Positions 35,015-43,109 of a stretch of DNA of 64,000 nt are shown piece after piece. How positions within the stretch are numbered: the stretch's first letter is position 1; each line of letters opens with the position of its first letter. The stretch lies in the sequence record LR756511.1. The stretch is one strand, 5' to 3'. The notes under the pieces were generated by a model. It was not told the DNA's origin. It made no database searches and saw only the letters and a list, made by a program, of their open reading frames with translations. The translations under genes and the position numbers were made by a program.

Positions 35015-37587
35015 TAATCCCCCAAACTAGAATGGTCTATATCTTCAACATCCTGTTCACTTTCGTAGTCCTGAATTTCCATATCATATTTGATAATGTC
35101 TGCTTCCGTTGCCTTTGGAACTGGCTTCGCCTGTCCCGCTGGTGGTAACATATCAGGCGCCGCTTGCTGAGGCGGTGGAGGCATTGGTGGTGGACCCCCT
35201 GGCCCTCCCACTGGCGCTGGTCCCATCGGCGGACCCCCTGGCGGTGGCCCACCTGGAGCCGCCCCTGGAGGCATTCCCTCTGGACCGAGATTTGGATTTG
35301 GTCCCCCTGGTTGCCCACCAATCTCCTGCTCGCCCTGTCCTGGCAAACCAATACCTAATATCGTTGGGTTCTGAGCAATGATTTGTAACTTCAAATCCTC
35401 TAGCTTTTGAACCTTCACCCTCGCCATCATTTCCTTGGCTTCATCCTCATTATACTTCATCCACTTTGTCAAAATGTCAAAGTCAGACAGTAATTGAGAA
35501 CCCTTCAAACTATTCGCGTTATTAATTCTATTTGTTACAATTTCCGCACGACTTAACTCACGCCAATCGCTCGGCGGCGTCATCTTTATGCTCAAATCTT
35601 CATAAGCTTCAGGAGGGAATCCTCTAAGCTTCAAATGCTTGTCGGCCACCTGATACAAAGCTTCCTCTAAATGAGCCTGTAAACGCTCAATCATACGAGC
35701 AAACTTAACGTCCTGAGCAGACAAAGTAATTCTTGTCGCATTTGGGTCTTCCAAGGAAAAGTAGTTCTTTGGGAAATTCAAAGCTGTATATAACTTGTTT
35801 CTAAAATATACAGCATCATCAATTTCGCCCAAATTCTGTGCGCCTGGAAGTGTATCAATCCTCGTATTTGACTGCGGACGAATTGGTATCCAAATATCCT
35901 CGTCCTGTGCTGGCGCGTGCCAACGTTCTTCCACCACAGATGGTCCGCCCTGAGCAAACTGATTCCTTGGAACCTTCTTCTTTCGGAATTGTTCCTTAAT
36001 ACGATCCATGAACGCTTCCGCCTTATATGGCGGCAATTGTCCCACATCAACGTAAAAACAACGGCGCTCAGGTGCGCGCGTGAGTCGGTAAATAACCATT
36101 GCGTCTTCCATCATACGCAACTGATGGGCTGGACCACGGGCAGCTTCAATTAAGCTAACACCATATGGATAGAAAGTCTTTCTGTAATCTCCAATCTTTA
36201 GGTGAATAACCTGCTCTGGTGAGAAACGAATTGCCGTAGATTGCTGCAATTCCGCTTCCGTTGCCGATGAAATTGGAGCTTTTACAATCGACTGATAATC
36301 AGGCGCATCCTTCGATTGCTGATACTCTAGAACCTTACCTTTTACCGTTTCAATACGAAACATCGTTTCTGGCGGAAGGTCATTAATCTTGTATACACCT
36401 TCCTTTGGATTATCAGGATTAATGATGATTTCCCAAAACTCATCGCCCTTAATGAAAAGTCGCTTCGCTTTGTCCCACATCGTTCTCTGATCGAGATTCA
36501 ACATATCACGATGGAAGAACAAGAAATTTAACTCATCCTGAATTTCCTTATCCGCACAATGAATCTTAAATACCTTACCTTCCTCATCCTTCTGACAATT
36601 ATGCATAACACAAGATGTTGTGCAGAAGTTCTTATGTTTCTCTACCGATAGGTCATAAACAGCCATTTTCTTATGAGGAAGAACACCAATAATACGTCTA
36701 CGATCTGGCTTCTTGGCAAGATACTTTAATTCTTGATAAGAGAAACCGTGTTTCTTCAACCAAAGAGAGATATTCAGCCATGTCATACCAATCTGGCGAG
36801 AGATTTGTTTAGTGGTCAAACCATTCCCAATTAGGCGGGCAACATGATTCACTCGTTCATATTGCTCCTGTCTTTCACCCAAACGCCACTCGTCAAGGAA
36901 TTGACGTTCGTGCAACCAACCTTGATTAAATGTGAAGATTCGTGGGAATTGATTCGTTTTAATCTTTGTTTGATGCTGATTGGCGTTTACACGGTAGAAT
37001 GGCATCAACTCGTCGCCAAACTTCAAATCTCCCGCAAAACACCATTCTCCATCACGCTTTAAAATGCGATGGTCTGGAGTAATTGTCTCCACTACCCCGT
37101 TATCAAGAACGATTTGCACGGTTTCATCGAATTTAACGAAACGTGGAGAATATGCCCAACCAATCGTATAATCCTCTGTTTCAAAGTCATAACAATAAAC
37201 AGGGAACTTCTCTCCCGCTTTATTGTTCGCTAACCATTCAATTGTTTTTGGGCCATGATAAACGGTAGAAATAAGGGTGTCGCCTGCCACGCAAGCTTCA
37301 TCCGCAAAAACCGTCATCGCCATCTCAATTTCAGGAATACTCAGAACTAGTCTGTCATACTCCTTATATCGGTTTGTTCTGTTTGTCGAGCTAGTCGTAT
37401 CGACCAGTTCGTTTTGGACTCTAATGAAAGCTCCACCTTGAGACATTGACTCAAGGTTTCGCAAGTCCATGATTGAGTCGGGACTTGTAACGCCCGCACT
37501 CGGAAAATCACGCACGTCCGACTTTTTACTCAAAGGGTCTTGCGTGAAAGCATACGTAAAAATCTTAAATAAATCGTACCAAGCCAT
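35014..37587 (-). CDS. gp20: Portal protein, T4 gp20-like, intein-containing, with Pro/Gly-rich C-tail
   Basis: LRMMEDAMVIYRLTRAPERRCFYVDVGQLP, EDIWIP, IDTLPGAQNLGEIDD and YFRNKLYTALNFP. Confidence 0.95.
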   Translation of the reverse strand: MAWYDLFKIFTYAFTQDPLSKKSDVRDFPSAGVTSPDSIMDLRNLESMSQGGAFIRVQNELVDTTSSTNRTNRYKEYDRLVLSIPEIEMAMTVFADEACVAGDTLISTVYHGPKTIEWLANNKAGEKFPVYCYDFETEDYTIGWAYSPRFVKFDETVQIVLDNGVVETITPDHRILKRDGEWCFAGDLKFGDELMPFYRVNANQHQTKIKTNQFPRIFTFNQGWLHERQFLDEWRLGERQEQYERVNHVARLIGNGLTTKQISRQIGMTWLNISLWLKKHGFSYQELKYLAKKPDRRRIIGVLPHKKMAVYDLSVEKHKNFCTTSCVMHNCQKDEEGKVFKIHCADKEIQDELNFLFFHRDMLNLDQRTMWDKAKRLFIKGDEFWEIIINPDNPKEGVYKINDLPPETMFRIETVKGKVLEYQQSKDAPDYQSIVKAPISSATEAELQQSTAIRFSPEQVIHLKIGDYRKTFYPYGVSLIEAARGPAHQLRMMEDAMVIYRLTRAPERRCFYVDVGQLPPYKAEAFMDRIKEQFRKKKVPRNQFAQGGPSVVEERWHAPAQDEDIWIPIRPQSNTRIDTLPGAQNLGEIDDAVYFRNKLYTALNFPKNYFSLEDPNATRITLSAQDVKFARMIERLQAHLEEALYQVADKHLKLRGFPPEAYEDLSIKMTPPSDWRELSRAEIVTNRINNANSLKGSQLLSDFDILTKWMKYNEDEAKEMMARVKVQKLEDLKLQIIAQNPTILGIGLPGQGEQEIGGQPGGPNPNLGPEGMPPGAAPGGPPPGGPPMGPAPVGGPGGPPPMPPPPQQAAPDMLPPAGQAKPVPKATEADIIKYDMEIQDYESEQDVEDIDHSSLGD
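36598..37293 (-). mobile_element. Intein (232 aa) in the portal gene, no intact homing endonuclease
   Basis: Block A CVAGDTLI, block B TPDHRIL, block F VYDLSVEKHKNF, terminal HN followed by +1 Cys. Confidence 0.92.
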
Positions 37588-37666
37588 AATCCTTTACCTT
37601 TCTAATTACTTATAGTTATTAAGATATGGCATAATTTTTTCCAAGTTAAAGCTAGTCTATTATAAA

Positions 37667-38227
37667 ATGAATCAATTATTTTTAGTCGTTAGTCATTTGG
37701 GAGCAAGCAGTAACAGCTTGTGCAAGGCTATCGCCTGCACAGAAACGATTCATTGGATGCGCGAAGGTTTTGTTTACAAGCATCCCACTGACATAACCGC
37801 CTATCTTTCTGCCATTCGTCATAAGGGCGTTTTTTTAAATGAAATCCTTTACAATTATCAAATCGCTCATAAAGGAGTTTATCAAGCCGCTAATTTCATT
37901 TATTTAATCCGTGACCCCGCCAGCGCTATTCAAATCAACAAAGCCAAAGATGCTGCTTTAGCCGTTAATTACTATGTTTTTCGGCTGAGAAGGATTTATG
38001 AAATGGCTAAAGAAACCAAGAACGCAATCTTTTTGAGTTGGTACGACCTGACTGATCGAGATGGATTTGCGTTGATTAACACAAGATTACAGATTTACGG
38101 ACGATTTGAGCCAATTGTAGAAAAGAAGTTGCTTGGTCTGCCTTCGAATTATCTCAGGGAAGCAAACCAAGCATATAATCTGTGTCTCAGCAGAATGAGG
38201 AAGATCAAACACCTTGTTCAGCTTTAA
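37667..38227 (+). CDS. Sulfotransferase-like P-loop protein
   Basis: FLVVSHLGASSNSL (degenerate 5'-PSB loop) and IYLIRDP (3'-PB motif). Confidence 0.5.
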   Translation: MNQLFLVVSHLGASSNSLCKAIACTETIHWMREGFVYKHPTDITAYLSAIRHKGVFLNEILYNYQIAHKGVYQAANFIYLIRDPASAIQINKAKDAALAVNYYVFRLRRIYEMAKETKNAIFLSWYDLTDRDGFALINTRLQIYGRFEPIVEKKLLGLPSNYLREANQAYNLCLSRMRKIKHLVQL

Positions 38228-38777
38228 GGCGAATTGGTGTTTTACCACCCATTTTAGAAGAGAAAACCAAACTATTCGTCTTCCAGCTTATTCCCTTAAA
38301 CGCATTTGAACCAACCAATTCTCTACCAACACCCTTCTTCACATAAGCAATCGTTACATGAGGCTTATAGCTAGGGAACACTTGACTATTATGAACATTT
38401 TCCTTGAGAGTCCTGTTCAAATGAAAAAGATACGACCCCATTACATCTATCTTAATTACGTCAAAATCAGCATTTATGGTAAAAATGCTCACAGTGCCAA
38501 GACTGACCACAAAAGGAATCGCTCCCTTTAGAAGCGATTCAACTCTTGTGGGAGATGACGCATGAATTCCGTATAACACTGTAATATGGATTTCATCTTC
38601 GCGGCCACGATCTTGAGCCATGTATAACTCCTGATCGCCTATTTTATCTTGTCCCCAGCCTATAATCTCTTCCGCAATTACTTGCGGAACATTTACTTGC
38701 ACAGAAGAATACTCACGTACAGACCCCTTATCCGTGAATGGTCTGTAAGTCGTCGTCGTCATCATCCGTTGGTTCAC
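38205..38777 (-). CDS. 2H phosphoesterase (LigT / T4 57B-Acb1-like)
   Basis: Two HxT motifs: HITVLYG and YKPHVTIAY. Confidence 0.88.
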   Translation of the reverse strand: MNQRMMTTTTYRPFTDKGSVREYSSVQVNVPQVIAEEIIGWGQDKIGDQELYMAQDRGREDEIHITVLYGIHASSPTRVESLLKGAIPFVVSLGTVSIFTINADFDVIKIDVMGSYLFHLNRTLKENVHNSQVFPSYKPHVTIAYVKKGVGRELVGSNAFKGISWKTNSLVFSSKMGGKTPIRLKAEQGV

Positions 38778-39108
38778 TTGGTTTTATTACTCCTTGATCC
38801 TTTTTCCGATTATGAATGTCCTCAAGCTTTTTATACTCCTCAGCAATCATTTTGTCTATCATATCAAGAGTTGCCTTAACATTATATTGCTCCTGATAAA
38901 TTGGCGGCATCCAAGGACTGACCTTTTTCTTTTCCTCTTCCTTGATCTGACGCTCCTGTTCCTGCGCTGCCCTTATCCCTTCTCGCTTTTCAATATCTTG
39001 AAGCTTCTTTAAAGCCTGATAAACATGAAACCTTACCTCTCGATACGAAAACTTATTCGGTATCGAGCCAAAGGTTTCAGCTAATAAATCCTTAGTAGAT
39101 TTTCTCAT
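38728..39108 (-). CDS. Hypothetical charged helical protein
   Basis: 126-aa ORF coupled in the terminase operon. Confidence 0.7.
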   Translation of the reverse strand: MRKSTKDLLAETFGSIPNKFSYREVRFHVYQALKKLQDIEKREGIRAAQEQERQIKEEEKKKVSPWMPPIYQEQYNVKATLDMIDKMIAEEYKKLEDIHNRKKDQGVIKPSEPTDDDDDDLQTIHG

Positions 39109-39233
39109 TTTTTTGTAGCCTTTCTGTATTTTGAACTATATTTCCTTAAACGAGCCATAACTTCCGTTTCTTCCCAATATCGTTTCGCTTCTTCCATTCT
39201 TTCTTTTCTGCGATTTAACCAGTAATTCTTCAT
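39105..39233 (-). CDS. 42-aa basic protein (not in ORF track)
   Basis: MKNYWLNRRKERMEEAKRYWEETEVMARLRKYSSKYRKATKK. Abuts the upstream stop (TAAATG) and overlaps the downstream start (ATGA). Confidence 0.6.
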   Translation of the reverse strand: MKNYWLNRRKERMEEAKRYWEETEVMARLRKYSSKYRKATKK

Positions 39234-39407
39234 TTACCACCCAAATTCTTTAAGTAATTGGTCATGAGAAATTGATCTGTACGGTGGCCAGTTCTTTTCC
39301 TGCATCGCAAGCTGCATCGCCCCCTCTAATTCAAATAACGCCGCCTCTACTTGCGGTGGGTCTTGCTTTAGCAATGCTTCTATTGTTTGTAATTTCTGAA
39401 TTACCAT
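39234..39407 (-). CDS. 57-aa protein ending in the terminase C-terminal motif (not in ORF track)
   Basis: GGAG RBS, ATG overlapping the terminase's last codons. MVIQKLQTIEALLKQDPPQVEAALFELEGAMQLAMQEKNWPPYRSISHDQLLKEFGW. Confidence 0.65.
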   Translation of the reverse strand: MVIQKLQTIEALLKQDPPQVEAALFELEGAMQLAMQEKNWPPYRSISHDQLLKEFGW

Positions 39408-41242
39408 CCGAACTCCTTAAGCAGATTATCTAGCCTTCTTCTAAAGTCAAACGCCACCCCAGCCATTACTTCTTCATCTACAGTATGAAGCGGATTCAAT
39501 ATTCGTTCATTGTCTTCGAAAAAGCTCCTTGGTGCGCCCTCAATAATCTCTCTCTTAATTTCCTCATAGCTAGCCGACTTAAGTGGCTCTGATAGCTCCC
39601 TTGGCATACCAGCACCCATCGGCATCTCCCTCAAAATGCTATCTCGGACGAACAAAGCAATAGCCGTCGCCATTACCGCATCATCATGCTCACCCTTGAC
39701 AGCACCAATCTTACCCGTTTGTGGATTGTGAACGAAAGTGTTAATTTCATTAACAAGTCTCTTACTGTTGATCTTAATGGCACCATTGATGCAATGCTGC
39801 TGTAAAGCTTCTAAAATCGTTAATCTGTTAGCAACTGTAACCTTGATGCCAGCCTTCGGTGTCTTGGAAGTCGCCTTTTCAAAATAAATATTGTCATAAA
39901 ACAAGTGATGCTGGAGATTAGTCAAAACCGCACCACCCGAACCGTTACCTTCTACAACCACCAAAGCATGATTGTAGTAAATCGCTATTTCATTAAGAAT
40001 TTGTGCGAACTGATATGGTTGGATTTTATTGCTATAAAATTCGGCAACTTGTTCCATCGTGCCATTATCGAACACCTGGAACACACTGTTGTCACCTTCC
40101 TCACCGACACCTTCCGCTGTATCAACACCGATAGTATATTCGTGACCGTCTACAGGCTCTTTCCATACCCATAGTGCGCCTTCACGCTCCCAACTATCAT
40201 CAAATTCCTGCACTTCGTCTTCATCATCCTCCTCATTCGCAAGAAGCGTGTTTACCCACTTCTTAAACAGCTTACGCTTTGGAGGATTGTTTTGGGTAGA
40301 TTCCACCAATTTAGCCACAATATGAGAAGGAATATACGTTTCACCAGAACCAAGGAAACTTCTTAAAACTTCCTGCAACCAACCCTTTTCACCAAGCTGT
40401 GCTTTTTGGTCAGCGATCCAAGCAGGATCATTATACTCTGGATGGTCTGTATAATCTAAGTCTATGATGTGGAATGGCTTACCGATACGCTTGGACTTAT
40501 GGTACATTTTCTCATACCAGTTACCCAAACCATTAACCGTAGAAACAACGATGCAATTACCACCACCAGACAACGTTGGATAAATAGCTTTCCAGTGGTC
40601 ATCCATGTCTGGAATAAATGCCGCTTCGTCTAAGATTAAATACGTAATAGCAAGACCACGGGCACGCTCTGGAGTACCAAAGGTCATCTTTCCGCCTGTC
40701 TCTGGAAAATGCTTTTGGTGATCGTTCCACTTTCCGTCATTCTTTGGTGGCTGCAACCACTTTGGCAAATTCTTAACAGCCGTGTTAACAATTTCACCAG
40801 CCGTAATAGCTTCCGTGTCCGTCTTCGACAATAAAACTATCTGTTGATCTAATTTAAATAAACAACGCCATAAACACCACAATTCCGCGAGTGTAGTTAA
40901 ACCACCCTGACGGAATTTGGATATGAGGTTGAAACGATATTTTTCAAAATCTTCAATAACACCATGCTGATACTTGTAGCAAATAAAACGAACTAAACCG
41001 CGTCTAGGGTGAAGAATCTTGACATACTTATTGGCAAAATAGAAAAAGTCCAATGCGCATTTCGCATATTCAAGACGACAACGATTAACGTCGTAATTGT
41101 TATAATCATCTACGGTTTCATCTGGATCAATCTCTAATTCGTAATGAGTGATGTTGTAATAAGGCGCTGGATATCTTGCCTTATAGTATTCCTCTAAACT
41201 CTTGTACTTGCCTCTCCATAAAGAATCTTTATAATTAGCCAT
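39401..41242 (-). CDS. gp17: Terminase large subunit, T4 gp17-like
   Basis: YQHGVI, KFRQGGLTT (Walker A variant), LILDEAAFI, VVSTVNG, nuclease IGVDTAEG and HDDAVMA. Confidence 0.95.
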   Translation of the reverse strand: MANYKDSLWRGKYKSLEEYYKARYPAPYYNITHYELEIDPDETVDDYNNYDVNRCRLEYAKCALDFFYFANKYVKILHPRRGLVRFICYKYQHGVIEDFEKYRFNLISKFRQGGLTTLAELWCLWRCLFKLDQQIVLLSKTDTEAITAGEIVNTAVKNLPKWLQPPKNDGKWNDHQKHFPETGGKMTFGTPERARGLAITYLILDEAAFIPDMDDHWKAIYPTLSGGGNCIVVSTVNGLGNWYEKMYHKSKRIGKPFHIIDLDYTDHPEYNDPAWIADQKAQLGEKGWLQEVLRSFLGSGETYIPSHIVAKLVESTQNNPPKRKLFKKWVNTLLANEEDDEDEVQEFDDSWEREGALWVWKEPVDGHEYTIGVDTAEGVGEEGDNSVFQVFDNGTMEQVAEFYSNKIQPYQFAQILNEIAIYYNHALVVVEGNGSGGAVLTNLQHHLFYDNIYFEKATSKTPKAGIKVTVANRLTILEALQQHCINGAIKINSKRLVNEINTFVHNPQTGKIGAVKGEHDDAVMATAIALFVRDSILREMPMGAGMPRELSEPLKSASYEEIKREIIEGAPRSFFEDNERILNPLHTVDEEVMAGVAFDFRRRLDNLLKEFGW

Positions 41243-41274
41243 AATTTTACACCTTCCTAATTATTCTATATATT

Positions 41275-41439
41275 ATGCAAAAGGCTAAAATGTGCTTTGT
41301 GTTATTAAAAGAATGTGTCAATCATGACTTTACCATCAGCCAAGTCCTACAGAAACTCAAAGAAGCAGCAGGCGTTTACTTCATATCTACAATGCTAGGC
41401 AAGTGGTGGGGAAACAAATGCGCACAGTATGGAGAGTAG
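41275..41439 (+). CDS. Possible 54-aa protein (not in ORF track)
   Basis: MQKAKMCFVLLKECVNHDFTISQVLQKLKEAAGVYFISTMLGKWWGNKCAQYGE, CTATATA just upstream, no SD. Confidence 0.4.
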   Translation: MQKAKMCFVLLKECVNHDFTISQVLQKLKEAAGVYFISTMLGKWWGNKCAQYGE

Positions 41440-41477
41440 TATGTGAGTAGTATGTGAGTAGTTTGTGAGTAGTTTGA
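41434..41477. repeat. Four tandem 11-bp direct repeats GAGTAGT(A/T)TG(T/A)
   Basis: gagtagtatgt-gagtagtatgt-gagtagtttgt-gagtagtttga. Confidence 0.9.
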
Positions 41478-41491
41478 CTTACTGATACAAT
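41463..41491 (+). promoter_or_regulatory. Promoter of the CYTH-WYL operon overlapping the repeat array
   Basis: TTGTGA-N17-TACAAT with extended -10 TG. Confidence 0.55.
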
Positions 41492-41524
41492 TTGGTTATT
41501 ATTGTTCTTCCAAGGAGAGATTTG

Positions 41525-42049
41525 ATGCCAACTGAAAACGAGAAGAAGTTTGTTTTGCGGCTAGATACAGAAGATTATTTTCGAAAAAACGCCTTGCGTG
41601 AAGCAATGATTCAGCAAGGCTATTTGTTTTCTAGCAAGGGAACATCGCTCCGATGCAGAAAGGCGAAGAACAAGCACTACCTTACCTTAAAATCAAATGT
41701 GAATGGTCGAGTTGTTGAAATTGAAAATCAAATTGACGAACGAGACTTTAATGACCTATGGACACAATGTATGAATAAGTTGGAGAAAATTCGATATTTT
41801 CTCTCAGATAGCTCCAAGGATGTATGGGAAGTAGACTTTTTTAAAGATCATAAAGGCAAAAATTACTTTTGTTTGGCAGAGTTTGAAATGCCAGAAGGTC
41901 AATTAGCACCTGACCATTTGCCGAAGTTTATAAAAGATAATTTACTTTTTGAAGTTCCATTGACAGATTGTAGGTTCGCCAGTAAACTCTTGGCAGACAT
42001 TCGGTACGCTACCGATTTATACAAAGTCATTAAGGAAACAAAACAATGA
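41525..42049 (+). CDS. CYTH (triphosphate tunnel metalloenzyme) domain protein
   Basis: ENEKKF, LRCRK, YLTLK, EIE, LEKIRY, WEVDFF and LAEFE. AAGGAG RBS before ATG 41525. Confidence 0.9.
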   Translation: MPTENEKKFVLRLDTEDYFRKNALREAMIQQGYLFSSKGTSLRCRKAKNKHYLTLKSNVNGRVVEIENQIDERDFNDLWTQCMNKLEKIRYFLSDSSKDVWEVDFFKDHKGKNYFCLAEFEMPEGQLAPDHLPKFIKDNLLFEVPLTDCRFASKLLADIRYATDLYKVIKETKQ

Positions 42050-42363
42050 AACCTTACAAACTGGTAAACAGCTATCCCGTTGCCCGTTTTTATTACAAAG
42101 GCAACCATTCCCATCCTATTCGTAGGACTGTTCTAGTCACTGAGTCTAATGATAAGTTTATTCGCGGCTATGAAGTGCGTGCTGGCGATGTTGTTCGTCA
42201 ACCAAATGCCGCACCAATCAAGACTTTCCTGAGACGAAAGATAGCGCGAGTGCGCCAGATGCGAGCTTCGTTAAAGCGAAATTGGCTCTCTCTGATTAAA
42301 GGTCCAGAAGTTTCGACACTCAAACGAACTCGTCTGCATGATTATCTGTTTACTGGCCCTTGA
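42046..42363 (+). CDS. Stand-alone WYL-like domain protein
   Basis: ARFYYKG...RRTV...IRGYEVR...IKTFLRRKI follows the WYL pattern. No HTH. Confidence 0.5.
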   Translation: MKPYKLVNSYPVARFYYKGNHSHPIRRTVLVTESNDKFIRGYEVRAGDVVRQPNAAPIKTFLRRKIARVRQMRASLKRNWLSLIKGPEVSTLKRTRLHDYLFTGP

Positions 42364-42405
42364 AAAGAACGTATGCCGTGGCCAAATTTAAAATAGTCAC
42401 AATAG

Positions 42406-42438
42406 CCAAGCTCACGATATAAACTATCGTGAGCTTGG
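42406..42438 (+). terminator. Intrinsic terminator
   Basis: 14-bp stem CCAAGCTCACGATA/TATCGTGAGCTTGG followed by T-rich sequence. Confidence 0.85.
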
Positions 42439-42492
42439 TTTCTTTCGTATCCTTTAGCTTTACAACCAAATCCAAGCTGATTTTCTGTTTAT

Positions 42493-43065
42493 CTAAATCC
42501 CCCATTTCTCCCTCAATCTTTGCAATAGATTAAGCCTTTCAGCCTTCATCTCTGCTTGTAATTCTTCAACTTTCTCATTCCTGTAAGACTTCTGAAGCTT
42601 TATTGCCGATTCGTAAATTTTATTTACCACGTCTTCCCATTCCATTGACGGGAGGAACATTATTAAATCACTGTCTGCTTCAATGTAAACATGATACCCT
42701 TTCCATGTTACTGACAACACTTTTTCCGCTGGCTCATAGATAGTCCTATATTCGTTTTTCTTAACAGGTATTGTACCATGTTTCATATAGCGTATTTCTA
42801 TATGATACCCAAACTTTAACCCGTCAAACATTCTACCGACTTCTCTAATCGGAGCTTCAGGGTCTTCTGTTGGTAATTCGTTTTCATCTAAAAGATCATA
42901 TACGTCCTGCCACTCTGTTACAGAATAGTCGCTGACGCCTTGCGAAACAATTGCCTTTCCTAAGTGTTTTAAAATTGCTCCAAACTTCCCCTCTATGCCA
43001 ACATAGTTTTTCGCCACGGCTTCGCTAAGCCGTTTCTCTTTAATCAATTTTTCCTTGTCGTCCAT
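42493..43065 (-). CDS. Hypothetical protein
   Basis: 190-aa ORF with an RBS-like GGGA. Confidence 0.75.
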   Translation of the reverse strand: MDDKEKLIKEKRLSEAVAKNYVGIEGKFGAILKHLGKAIVSQGVSDYSVTEWQDVYDLLDENELPTEDPEAPIREVGRMFDGLKFGYHIEIRYMKHGTIPVKKNEYRTIYEPAEKVLSVTWKGYHVYIEADSDLIMFLPSMEWEDVVNKIYESAIKLQKSYRNEKVEELQAEMKAERLNLLQRLREKWGI

Positions 43066-43109
43066 GTTATTCCCTGCTATTAAGGTTATATAGTTTTATA
43101 GGAGACAAT

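Noticed and set aside
35037-35381. Alternative-frame ORFs over the portal C-terminus (35037-35351, 35109-35381, 35164-35358)
   Set aside because: Shadows of the GC-rich Pro/Gly low-complexity tail, with no RBS or recognisable motifs.
24374-39233. Shared KNYWL pentapeptide at the N-termini of two tiny ORFs (24487 and 39233)
   Set aside because: Five residues in two very short, unverified ORFs is too little to distinguish from chance.
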